From NCBI GenBank assembly GCA_964016885.1, contig OZ024758.1, positions 34,162,001 to 34,226,000 on the forward strand: a stretch of 64,000 bases of DNA. Reading direction: 5' to 3'. Each line of letters opens with the position of its first letter. Positions within the stretch are counted from its first letter, which is position 1. Origin of the DNA: Eledone cirrhosa (Eukaryota). Positions 11,960 through 24,300 of this stretch are shown in pieces. The notes under the pieces were generated by a model that did not search any database, was not told the origin of the DNA, and was given only the letters and a program-made list of their open reading frames with translations. The translations under genes and the position numbers were made by a program.

Positions 11960-14900
11960 TCAGAAGTAACTCCATTGTTGGTGAGAATTCATTTAAGTCA
12001 TGGTACTAGCTGTCAGAAGTAACTCCAATGTTGGTAAGAATTCATTTTAGTTCATGGTATTAGTTGTCAGAAGTAACTCCACTGTTGGTGAGAATTCATT
12101 TAAGTCTTGGTATTAGTTGTCAGAAGTAACTCCAATGCTGGTGAGAATTCATTTAAGTTCATGGTACTAGCTGTCAGAAGTAACTCCACTGTTGGTGAGA
12201 ATTCATTTAAGTTCATGGTATTAGCTGTCAGAAGTAACTCCACTGTTGGTGAGAATTCATTTAAGTCATGGTATTAGCTGTCAGAAGTAACTCCATTGTT
12301 GGTGAGAATTCATTTAAGTCATGGTACTAGCTGTCAGAAGTAACTCCAATGTTGATGAGAATTCATTTAAGTTCATGGTATTAGCTGTCAGAAGTAACTC
12401 CACTGTTGGTGAGAATTCATTTAAGTTCATGGTATTAGCTGTCAGAAGTAACTCCATTGCTGGTGAGAATTCATTTAAGTCATGGTACTAGCTGTCAGAA
12501 GTAACTCCACTGTTGGTGAGAATTCATTTAAGTCATGGTATTAGCTCTCAGAAGTAACTCCATTGTTGGTGAGAATTCATTTAAGTTCATGTTATTAGCT
12601 GTCAGAAGGAACGCCACTGTTGGTAAGAATTCATTTTAGTTCATGGTATTAGTTGTCAGAAGTAACTCCACTGTTGGTGAGAATTCATTTAAGTCTTGGT
12701 ATTAGTTGTCAGAAGTAACTCCAATGCTGGTGAGAATTCATTTAAGTTCATGGTACTAGCTGTCAGAAGTAACTCCACTGTTGGTGAGAATTCATTTAAG
12801 TTCATGGTATTAGCTGTCAGAAGTAACTCCACTGTTGGTGAGAATTCATTTAAGTCATGGTATTAGCTGTCAGAAGTAACTCCATTGTTGGTGAGAATTC
12901 ATTTAAGTCATGGTACTAGCTGTCAGAAGTAACTCCAATGTTGATGAGAATTCATTTAAGTTCATGGTATTAGCTGTCAGAAGTAACTCCACTGTTGGTG
13001 AGAATTCATTTAAGTTCATGGTATTAGCTGTCAGAAGTAACTCCATTGTTGGTGAGAATTCATTTAAGTCATGGTACTAGCTGTCAGAAGTAACTCCACT
13101 GTTGGTGAGAATTCATTTAAGTTCATGGTACTAGCTGTCAGAAGTAACTCCACTGTTGGTGAGAATTCATTTAAGTTCATGGTACTAGCTGTCAGAAGTA
13201 ACTCCACTGTTGGTGAGAATTCATTTAAGTTCATGGTACTAGCTGTCAGAAGTAACTCCACTGTTGGTGAGAATTCATTTAAGTTCATGGTATTAGTTTG
13301 TCAGAAGTAACTCCACTGTTGGTGAGAATTCATTTAAGTCATGGTATTAGTTGTCACAAGTAACTCCAATGTTGGTGAGAATTCATTTAAGTCATGGTAC
13401 TAGCTGTCAGAAGTAACTCCAATGTTGGTGAGAATTCATTTACCTTCATGGTATTAGCTCTCAGAAGTAACTCCACTGTTGGTGAGAATGCATTTAAGTT
13501 CATGGTATTAGCTGTCAGAAGTAACTCCACTGTTGGTGAGAATTCATTTAAGTTCATGGTATTAGCTGTCAGAAGTAACTCCACTGTTGGTGAGAATTCA
13601 TTTAAGTTCATGGTATTAGCTGTCAGAAGGAACTCCAATGTTGGTGAGAATTCATTTAAGTTCATGGTACTAGCTGTCAGAAGTAACTCCACTGTTGGTG
13701 AGAATTCATTTAAGTTCATGGTACTAGCTGTCAGAAGTAACTCCACTGTTGGTGAGAATTCATTTAAGTTCATGGTATTAGCTGTCAGAAGTCACTCCAA
13801 TGTTGGTGAGAATTCATTTAAGTTCGTGGTATTAGCTGTCAGAAGTAACTCCACTGTTGGTGAGAATTCATTTAAGTTCATGGTATTAGCTGTCAGAAGT
13901 AACTCCACTGTTGGTGAGAATTCATTTAAGTTCATGGTATTAGCTGTCAGAAGTAACTCCACTGTTGGTGAGTATACATTTAAGTTCATGGTATTAGCTG
14001 TCAGAAGGAACTCCAATGTTGGTGAGAATTCATTTAAGTCATGGTACTAGCTGTCAGAAGTAACTCCACTGTTGGTGAGAATTCATTTAAGTTCATGGTA
14101 CTAGCTGTCAGAAGTAACTCCAATGTTGGTGAGAATTCATTTAAGTTCATGGTATTAGCTGTCAGAAGGAACTCCACTGTTGGTGAGAATTCATTTAAGT
14201 TCATGGTATTAGCTGTCAGAAGTAAGTCCACTGTTGGTGAGAATTCATTTAAGTTCATGGTACTAGTTGTCAGAAGTAACTCCACTGTTGGTAAGAATTC
14301 ATTTTAGTTCATGGTATTAGTTGTCAGAAGTACCTCCACTGTTGGTGAGAATTCATTTAAGTCTTGGTATTAGTTGTCAGAAGTAACTCCAATGCTGGTG
14401 AGAATTCATTTAAGTTCATGGTACTAGCTGTCAGAAGTAACTCCACTGTTGGTGAGAATTCATTTAAGTTCATGGTATTAGCTGTCAGAAGTAACTCCAC
14501 TGTTGGTGAGAATTCATTTAAGTCATGGTATTAGCTGTCAGAAGTAACTCCATTGTTGGTGAGAATTCATTTAAGTCATGGTACTAGCTGTCAGAAGTAA
14601 CTCCAATGTTGATGAGAATTCATTTAAGTTCATGGTATTAGCTGTCAGAAGTAACTCCACTGTTGGTGAGAATTCATTTAAGTTCATGGTATTAGCTGTC
14701 AGAAGTAACTCCACTGTTGGTGAGAATTCATTTAAGTCATGGTATTAGCTGTCAGAAGTAACTCCATTGTTGGTGAGAATTCATTTAAGTCATGGTACTA
14801 GCTGTCAGAAGTAACTCCAATGTTGGTAAGAATTCATTTTAGTTCATGGTATTAGTTGTCAGAAGTAACTCCACTGTTGGTGTGAATTCATTTAAGTCTT

Positions 14901-17617
14901 GGTATTAGTTGTCAGAAGTAACTCCAATGCTGGTGAGAATTCATTTAAGTTCATGGTACTAGCTGTCAGAAGTAACTCCACTGTTGGTGAGAATTCATTT
15001 AAGTTCATGGTATTAGCTGTCAGAAGTAACTCCACTGTTGGTGAGAATTCATTTAAGTCATGGTATTAGCTGTCAGAAGTAACTCCATTGTTGGTGAGAA
15101 TTCATTTAAGTCATGGTACTAGCTGTCAGAAGTAACTCCAATGTTGATGAGAATTCATTTAAGTTCATGGTATTAGCTGTCAGAAGTAACTCCACTGTTG
15201 GTGAGAATTCATTTAAGTTCATGGTATTAGCTGTCAGAAGTAACTCCATTGCTGGTGAGAATTCATTTAAGTCATGGTACTAGCTGTCAGAAGTAACTCC
15301 ACTGTTGGTGAGAATTCATTTAAGTCATGGTATTAGCTCTCAGAAGTAACTCCATTGTTGGTGAGAATTCATTTAAGTTCATGTTATTAGCTGTCAGAAG
15401 GAACGCCACTGTTGGTAAGAATTCATTTTAGTTCATGGTATTAGTTGTCAGAAGTAACTCCACTGTTGGTGAGAATTCATTTAAGTCTTGGTATTAGTTG
15501 TCAGAAGTAACTCCAATGCTGGTGAGAATTCATTTAAGTTCATGGTACTAGCTGTCAGAAGTAACTCCACTGTTGGTGAGAATTCATTTAAGTTCATGGT
15601 ATTAGCTGTCAGAAGTAACTCCACTGTTGGTGAGAATTCATTTAAGTCATGGTATTAGCTGTCAGAAGTAACTCCATTGTTGGTGAGAATTCATTTAAGT
15701 CATGGTACTAGCTGTCAGAAGTAACTCCAATGTTGATGAGAATTCATTTAAGTTCATGGTATTAGCTGTCAGAAGTAACTCCACTGTTGGTGAGAATTCA
15801 TTTAAGTTCATGGTATTAGCTGTCAGAAGTAACTCCATTGTTGGTGAGAATTCATTTAAGTCATGGTACTAGCTGTCAGAAGTAACTCCACTGTTGGTGA
15901 GAATTCATTTAAGTTCATGGTACTAGCTGTCAGAAGTAACTCCACTGTTGGTGAGAATTCATTTAAGTTCATGGTACTAGCTGTCAGAAGTAACTCCACT
16001 GTTGGTGAGAATTCATTTAAGTTCATGGTACTAGCTGTCAGAAGTAACTCCACTGTTGGTGAGAATTCATTTAAGTTCATGGTATTAGTTTGTCAGAAGT
16101 AACTCCACTGTTGGTGAGAATTCATTTAAGTCATGGTATTAGTTGTCACAAGTAACTCCAATGTTGGTGAGAATTCATTTAAGTCATGGTACTAGCTGTC
16201 AGAAGTAACTCCAATGTTGGTGAGAATTCATTTACCTTCATGGTATTAGCTCTCAGAAGTAACTCCACTGTTGGTGAGAATGCATTTAAGTTCATGGTAT
16301 TAGCTGTCAGAAGTAACTCCACTGTTGGTGAGAATTCATTTAAGTTCATGGTATTAGCTGTCAGAAGTAACTCCACTGTTGGTGAGAATTCATTTAAGTT
16401 CATGGTATTAGCTGTCAGAAGGAACTCCAATGTTGGTGAGAATTCATTTAAGTTCATGGTACTAGCTGTCAGAAGTAACTCCACTGTTGGTGAGAATTCA
16501 TTTAAGTTCATGGTACTAGCTGTCAGAAGTAACTCCACTGTTGGTGAGAATTCATTTAAGTTCATGGTATTAGCTGTCAGAAGTCACTCCAATGTTGGTG
16601 AGAATTCATTTAAGTTCGTGGTATTAGCTGTCAGAAGTAACTCCACTGTTGGTGAGAATTCATTTAAGTTCATGGTATTAGCTGTCAGAAGTAACTCCAC
16701 TGTTGGTGAGAATTCATTTAAGTTCATGGTATTAGCTGTCAGAAGTAACTCCACTGTTGGTGAGTATACATTTAAGTTCATGGTATTAGCTGTCAGAAGG
16801 AACTCCAATGTTGGTGAGAATTCATTTAAGTCATGGTACTAGCTGTCAGAAGTAACTCCACTGTTGGTGAGAATTCATTTAAGTTCATGGTACTAGCTGT
16901 CAGAAGTAACTCCAATGTTGGTGAGAATTCATTTAAGTTCATGGTATTAGCTGTCAGAAGGAACTCCACTGTTGGTGAGAATTCATTTAAGTTCATGGTA
17001 TTAGCTGTCAGAAGTAAGTCCACTGTTGGTGAGAATTCATTTAAGTTCATGGTACTAGTTGTCAGAAGTAACTCCACTGTTGGTAAGAATTCATTTTAGT
17101 TCATGGTATTAGTTGTCAGAAGTACCTCCACTGTTGGTGAGAATTCATTTAAGTCTTGGTATTAGTTGTCAGAAGTAACTCCAATGCTGGTGAGAATTCA
17201 TTTAAGTTCATGGTACTAGCTGTCAGAAGTAACTCCACTGTTGGTGAGAATTCATTTAAGTTCATGGTATTAGCTGTCAGAAGTAACTCCACTGTTGGTG
17301 AGAATTCATTTAAGTCATGGTATTAGCTGTCAGAAGTAACTCCATTGTTGGTGAGAATTCATTTAAGTCATGGTACTAGCTGTCAGAAGTAACTCCAATG
17401 TTGATGAGAATTCATTTAAGTTCATGGTATTAGCTGTCAGAAGTAACTCCACTGTTGGTGAGAATTCATTTAAGTTCATGGTATTAGCTGTCAGAAGTAA
17501 CTCCACTGTTGGTGAGAATTCATTTAAGTCATGGTATTAGCTGTCAGAAGTAACTCCATTGTTGGTGAGAATTCATTTAAGTCATGGTACTAGCTGTCAG
17601 AAGTAACTCCAATGTTG
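11960..17617. repeat. 2,792-bp tandem duplication (~52 monomers)
   Basis: ORF offsets 13071/15863, 13394/16186 and 14041/16833 all equal 2792. The rare ccattgctgg variant occurs at 12460 and 15252. One difference was seen, 12091 A vs 14883 T. Confidence 0.88.
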
Positions 17618-20600
17618 ATGAGAATTCATTTAAGTTCATGGTATTAGCTGTCAGAAGTAACTCCACTGTTGGTGAGTATTCATTTAAGTTCATGGTATTA
17701 GCTGTCAGAAGTAACTCCATTGTTGGTGAGAATTCATTTAAGTCATGGTACTAGCTGTCAGAAGTAACTCCACTGTTGGTGAGAATTCATTTAAGTTCAT
17801 GGTACTAGCTGTCAGAAGTAACTCCACTGTTGGTGAGAATTCATTTAAGTTCATGGTACTAGCTGTCAGAAGTAACTCCACTGTTGGTGAGAATTCATTT
17901 AAGTTCATGGTACTAGCTGTCAGAAGTAACTCCACTGTTGGTGAGAATTCATTTAAGTTCATGGTATTAGTTTGTCAGAAGTAACTCCACTGTTGGTGAG
18001 AATTCATTTAAGTCATTGTATTAGTTGTCACAAGTAACTCCAATGTTGGTGAGAATTCATTTAAGTCATGGTACTAGCTGTCAGAAGTAACTCCAATGTT
18101 GGTGAGAATTCATTTACCTTCATGGTATTAGCTCTCAGAAGTAACTCCACTGTTGGTGAGAATGCATTTAAGTTCATGGTATTAGCTGTCAGAAGTAACT
18201 CCACTGTTGGTGAGAATTCATTTAAGTTCATGGTATTAGCTGTCAGAAGTAACTCCACTGTTGGTGAGAATTCATTTATGTTCATGGTATTAGCTGTCAG
18301 AAGGAACTCCAATGTTGGTGAGAATTCATTTAAGTTCATGGTACAAGCTGTCAGAAGTAACTCCACTGTTGGTGAGAATTCATTTAAGTTCATGGTACTA
18401 GCTGTCAGAAGTAACTCCACTGTTGGTGAGAATTCATTTAAGTTCATGGTATTAGCTGTCAGAAGTCACTCCAATGTTGGTGAGAATTCATTTAAGTTCG
18501 TGGTATTAGCTGTCAGAAGTAACTCCACTGTTGGTGAGAATTCATTTAAGTTCATGGTATTAGCTGTCAGAAGTAACTCCACTGTTGGTGAGAATTCATT
18601 TAAGTTCATGGTATTAGCTGTCAGAAGTAACTCCACTGTTGGTGAGTATACATTTAAGTTCATGGTATTAGCTGTCAGAAGGAACTCCAATGTTGGTGAG
18701 AATTCATTTAAGTCATGGTACTAGCTGTCAGAAGTAACTCCACTGTTGGTGAGAATTCATTTAAGTTCATGGCACTAGCTGTCAGAAGTAACTCCAATGT
18801 TGGTGAGAATTCATTTAAGTTCATGGTATTAGCTGTCAGAAGGAACTCCACTGTTGGTGAGAATTCATTTAAGTTCATGGTATTAGCTGTCAGAAGTAAG
18901 TCCACTGTTGGTGAGAATTCATTTAAGTTCATGGTACTAGTTGTCAGAAGTAACTCCACTGTTGGTAAGAATTCATTTTAGTTCATGGTATTAGTTGTCA
19001 GAAGTACCTCCACTGTTGGTGAGAATTCATTTAAGTCTTGGTATTAGTTGTGAGAAGTAACTCCAATGCTGGTGAGAATTCATTTAAGTTCATGGTACTA
19101 GCTGTCAGAAGTAACTCCACTGTTGGTGAGAATTCATTTAAGTCATGGTATTAGCTGTCAGAAGTAACTCCATTGTTGGTGAGAATTCATTTAAGTCATG
19201 GTACTAGCTGTCAGAAGTAACTCCAATGTTGATGAGAATTCATTTAAGTTCATGGTATTAGCTGTCAGAAGTAACTCCACTGTTGGTGAGAATTCATTTA
19301 AGTTCATGGTATTAGCTGTCAGAAGTAACTCCACTGTTGGTGAGAATTCATTTAAGTTCATGGTACTAGCTGTCAGAAGTAACTCCACTGTTGGTGAGAA
19401 TTCATTTAAGTTCATGGTATTAGTTTGTCAGAAGTAACTCCACTGTTGGTGAGAATTCATTTAAGTCATGGTATTAGTTGTCAGAAGTAACTCCAATGTT
19501 GGTGAGAATTCATTTAAGTTCATGGTATTAGCTGTCAGAAGTAACTCCACTGTTGGTGAGAATTCATTTAAGTCATGGTATTAGCTGTCAGAAGTAACTC
19601 CATTGTTGGTGAGAATTCATTTAAGTCATGGTACTAGCTGTCAGAAGTAACTCCACTGTTGGTGAGAATTCATTTAAGTTCATGGTACTAGCTGTCAGAA
19701 GTAACTCCACTGTTGGTGAGAATTCATTTAAGTTCATGGTACTAGCTGTCAGAAGTAACTCCACTGTTGGTGAGAATTCATTTAAGTTCATGGTACTAGC
19801 TGTCAGAAGTAACTCCACTGTTGGTGAGAATTCATTTAAGTTCATGGTATTAGTTTGTCAGAAGTAACTCCACTGTTGGTGAGAATTCATTTAAGTCATT
19901 GTATTAGTTGTCACAAGTAACTCCAATGTTGGTGAGAATTCATTTAAGTCATGGTACTAGCTGTCAGAAGTAACTCCAATGTTGGTGAGAATTCATTTAC
20001 CTTCATGGTATTAGCTCTCAGAAGTAACTCCACTGTTGGTGAGAATGCATTTAAGTTCATGGTATTAGCTGTCAGAAGTAACTCCACTGTTGGTGAGAAT
20101 TCATTTAAGTTCATGGTATTAGCTGTCAGAAGTAACTCCACTGTTGGTGAGAATTCATTTAAGTTCATGGTATTAGCTGTCAGAAGGAACTCCAATGTTG
20201 GTGAGAATTCATTTAAGTTCATGGTACTAGCTGTCAGAAGTAACTCCACTGTTGGTGAGAATTCATTTAAGTTCATGGTACTAGCTGTCAGAAGTAACTC
20301 CACTGTTGGTGAGAATTCATTTAAGTTCATGGTATTAGCTGTCAGAAGTCACTCCAATGTTGGTGAGAATTCATTTAAGTTCGTGGTATTAGCTGTCAGA
20401 AGTAACTCCACTGTTGGTGAGAATTCATTTAAGTTCATGGTATTAGCTGTCAGAAGTAACTCCACTGTTGGTGAGAATTCATTTAAGTTCATGGTATTAG
20501 CTGTCAGAAGTAACTCCACTGTTGGTGAGTATACATTTAAGTTCATGGTATTAGCTGTCAGAAGGAACTCCAATGTTGGTGAGAATTCATTTAAGTCATG

Positions 20601-21350
20601 GTACTAGCTGTCAGAAGTAACTCCACTGTTGGTGAGAATTCATTTAAGTTCATGGTACTAGCTGTCAGAAGTAACTCCAATGTTGGTGAGAATTCATTTA
20701 AGTTCATGGTATTAGCTGTCAGAAGGAACTCCACTGTTGGTGAGAATTCATTTAAGTTCATGGTATTAGCTGTCAGAAGTAAGTCCACTGTTGGTGAGAA
20801 TTCATTTAAGTTCATGGTACTAGTTGTCAGAAGTAACTCCACTGTTGGTAAGAATTCATTTTAGTTCATGGTATTAGTTGTCAGAAGTACCTCCACTGTT
20901 GGTGAGAATTCATTTAAGTCTTGGTATTAGTTGTCAGAAGTAACTCCAATGCTGGTGAGAATTCATTTAAGTTCATGGTACTAGCTGTCAGAAGTAACTC
21001 CACTGTTGGTGAGAATTCATTTAAGTCATGGTATTAGCTGTCAGAAGTAACTCCATTGTTGGTGAGAATTCATTTAAGTCATGGTACTAGCTGTCAGAAG
21101 TAACTCCAATGTTGATGAGAATTCATTTAAGTTCATGGTATTAGCTGTCAGAAGTAACTCCACTGTTGGTGAGAATTCATTTAAGTTCATGGTATTAGCT
21201 GTCAGAAGTAACTCCACTGTTGGTGAGAATTCATTTAAGTTCATGGTACTAGCTGTCAGAAGTAACTCCACTGTTGGTGAGAATTCATTTAAGTTCATGG
21301 TATTAGTTTGTCAGAAGTAACTCCACTGTTGGTGAGAATTCATTTAAGTC
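15700..21350. repeat. Three consecutive ~1,882/1,883-bp (35-monomer) higher-order units
   Basis: ORF starts 15863/17745/19628, 16186/18068/19951 and 16833/18715/20598. The tcattgta variant is shared at 18017 and 19900. Confidence 0.85.
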
Positions 21351-24300
21351 ATGGTATTAGCTGTCAGAAGTCACTCCACTGTTGGTGAGAATTCATTTAA
21401 GTTCATGGTATTAGCTGTCAGAAGTAACTCCACTGTTGGTGAGAATTCATTAAGTTCATGGTACTAGTTGTCAGAAGTAACTCCACTGTTGGTGAGAATT
21501 CATTTAAGTTCATGGTATTAGCTGTCAGAAGTAACTCCACTGTTGGTGAGAATTCATTTAAGTCATGGTATTAGCTGTCAGAAGTAACTCCATTGTTGGT
21601 GAGAATTCATTTAAGTCATGGTACTAGCTGTCAGAAGTAACTCCACTGTTGGTGAGAATTCATTTAAGTTCATGGTATTAGCTGTCAGAAGTAACTCCAA
21701 TGTTGGTGAGAATTCATTTAAGTTCATGGTATTAGCTGTCAGAAGTAACTCCACTGTTGGTGAGAATTCATTTAAGTCATGGTATTAGCTGTCAGAAGTA
21801 ACTCCATTGTTGGTGAGAATTCATTTAAGTCATGGTACTAGCTGTCAGAAGTAACTCCACTGTTGGTGAGAATTCATTTAAGTTCATGGTACTAGCTGTC
21901 AGAAGTAACTCCACTGTTGGTGAGAATTCATTTAAGTTCATGGTACTAGCTGTCAGAAGTAACTCCACTGTTGGTGAGAATTCATTTAAGTTCATGGTAC
22001 TAGCTGTCAGAAGTAACTCCATTGTTGGTGAGAATTCATTTAAGTTCAAGGTATTAGTTTGTCAGAAGTAACTCCACTGTTGGTGAGAATTCATTTAAGT
22101 CATGGTATTAGTTGTCAGAAGTAACTCCACTGTTGGTGAGAATTCATTTAAGTCTTGGTATTAGTTGTCAGAAGTAACTCCAATGCTGGTGAGAATTCAT
22201 TTAAGTTCATGGTACTAGCTGTCAGAAGTAACTCCACTGTTGGTGAGAATTCATTTAAGTTCATGGTATTAGCTGTCAGAAGTAACTCCACTGTTGGTGA
22301 GAATTCATTTAAGTCATGGTATTAGCTGTCAGAAGTAACTCCATTGTTGGTGAGAATTCATTTAAGTCATGGTACTAGCTGTCAGAAGTAACTCCAATGT
22401 TGATGAGAATTCATTTAAGTTCATGGTATTAGCTGTCAGAAGTAACTCCAATGTTGGTAAGAATTCATTTTAGTTCATGGTATTAGTTGTCAGAAGTAAC
22501 TCCACTGTTGGTGAGAATTCATTTAAGTCTTGGTATTAGTTGTCAGAAGTAACTCCAATGCTGGTGAGAATTCATTTAAGTTCATGGTACTAGCTGTCAG
22601 AAGTAACTCCACTGTTGGTGAGAATTCATTTAAGTTCATGGTATTAGCTGTCAGAAGTAACTCCACTGTTGGTGAGAATTCATTTAAGTCATGGTATTAG
22701 CTGTCAGAAGTAACTCCATTGTTGGTGAGAATTCATTTAAGTCATGGTACTAGCTGTCAGAAGTAACTCCAATGTTGATGAGAATTCATTTAAGTTCATG
22801 GTATTAGCTGTCAGAAGTAACTCCACTGTTGGTGAGAATTCATTTAAGTTCATGGTATTAGCTGTCAGAAGTAACTCCATTGTTGGTGAGAATTCATTTA
22901 AGTCATGGTATTAGCTGTCAGAAGTAACTCCATTGTTGGTGAGAATTCATTTAAGTCATGGTACTAGCTGTCAGAAGTAACTCCAATGTTGATGAGAATT
23001 CATTTAAGTTCATGGTATTAGCTGTCAGAAGTAACTCCACTGTTGGTGAGAATTCATTTAAGTTCATGGTATTAGCTGTCAGAAGTAACTCCATTGTTGG
23101 TGAGAATTCATTTAAGTCATGGTACTAGCTGTCAGAAGTAACTCCACTGTTGGTGAGAATTCATTTAAGTTCATGGTACTAGCTGTCAGAAGTAACTCCA
23201 CTGTTGGTGAGAATTCATTTAAGTTCATGGTACTAGCTGTCAGAAGTAACTCCACTGTTGGTGAGAATTCATTTAAGTTCATGGTACTAGCTGTCAGAAG
23301 TAACTCCACTGTTGGTGAGAATTCATTTAAGTTCATGGTATTAGTTTGTCAGAAGTAACTCCACTGTTGGTGAGAATTCATTTAAGTCATGGTATTAGTT
23401 GTCACAAGTAACTCCAATGTTGGTGAGAATTCATTTAAGTCATGGTACTAGCTGTCAGAAGTAACTCCAATGTTGGTGAGAATTCATTTACCTTCATGGT
23501 ATTAGCTCTCAGAAGTAACTCCACTGTTGGTGAGAATGCATTTAAGTTCATGGTATTAGCTGTCAGAAGTAACTCCACTGTTGGTGAGAATTCATTTAAG
23601 TTCATGGTATTAGCTGTCAGAAGTAACTCCACTGTTGGTGAGAATTCATTTAAGTTCATGGTATTAGCTGTCAGAAGGAACTCCAATGTTGGTGAGAATT
23701 CATTTAAGTTCATGGTACTAGCTGTCAGAAGTAACTCCACTGTTGGTGAGAATTCATTTAAGTTCATGGTACTAGCTGTCAGAAGTAACTCCACTGTTGG
23801 TGAGAATTCATTTAAGTTCATGGTATTAGCTGTCAGAAGTCACTCCAATGTTGGTGAGAATTCATTTAAGTTCGTGGTATTAGCTGTCAGAAGTAACTCC
23901 ACTGTTGGTGAGAATTCATTTAAGTTCATGGTATTAGCTGTCAGAAGTAACTCCACTGTTGGTGAGAATTCATTTAAGTTCATGGTATTAGCTGTCAGAA
24001 GTAACTCCACTGTTGGTGAGTTTACATTTAAGTTCATGGTATTAGCTGTCAGAAGGAACTCCAATGTTGGTGAGAATTCATTTAAGTCATGGTACTAGCT
24101 GTCAGAAGTAACTCCACTGTTGGTGAGAATTCATTTAAGTTCATGGTACTAGCTGTCAGAAGTAACTCCAATGTTGGTGAGAATTCATTTAAGTTCATGG
24201 TATTAGCTGTCAGAAGGAACTCCACTGTTGGTGAGAATTCATTTAAGTTCATGGTATTAGCTGTCAGAAGTAAGTCCACTGTTGGTGAGAATTCATTTAA

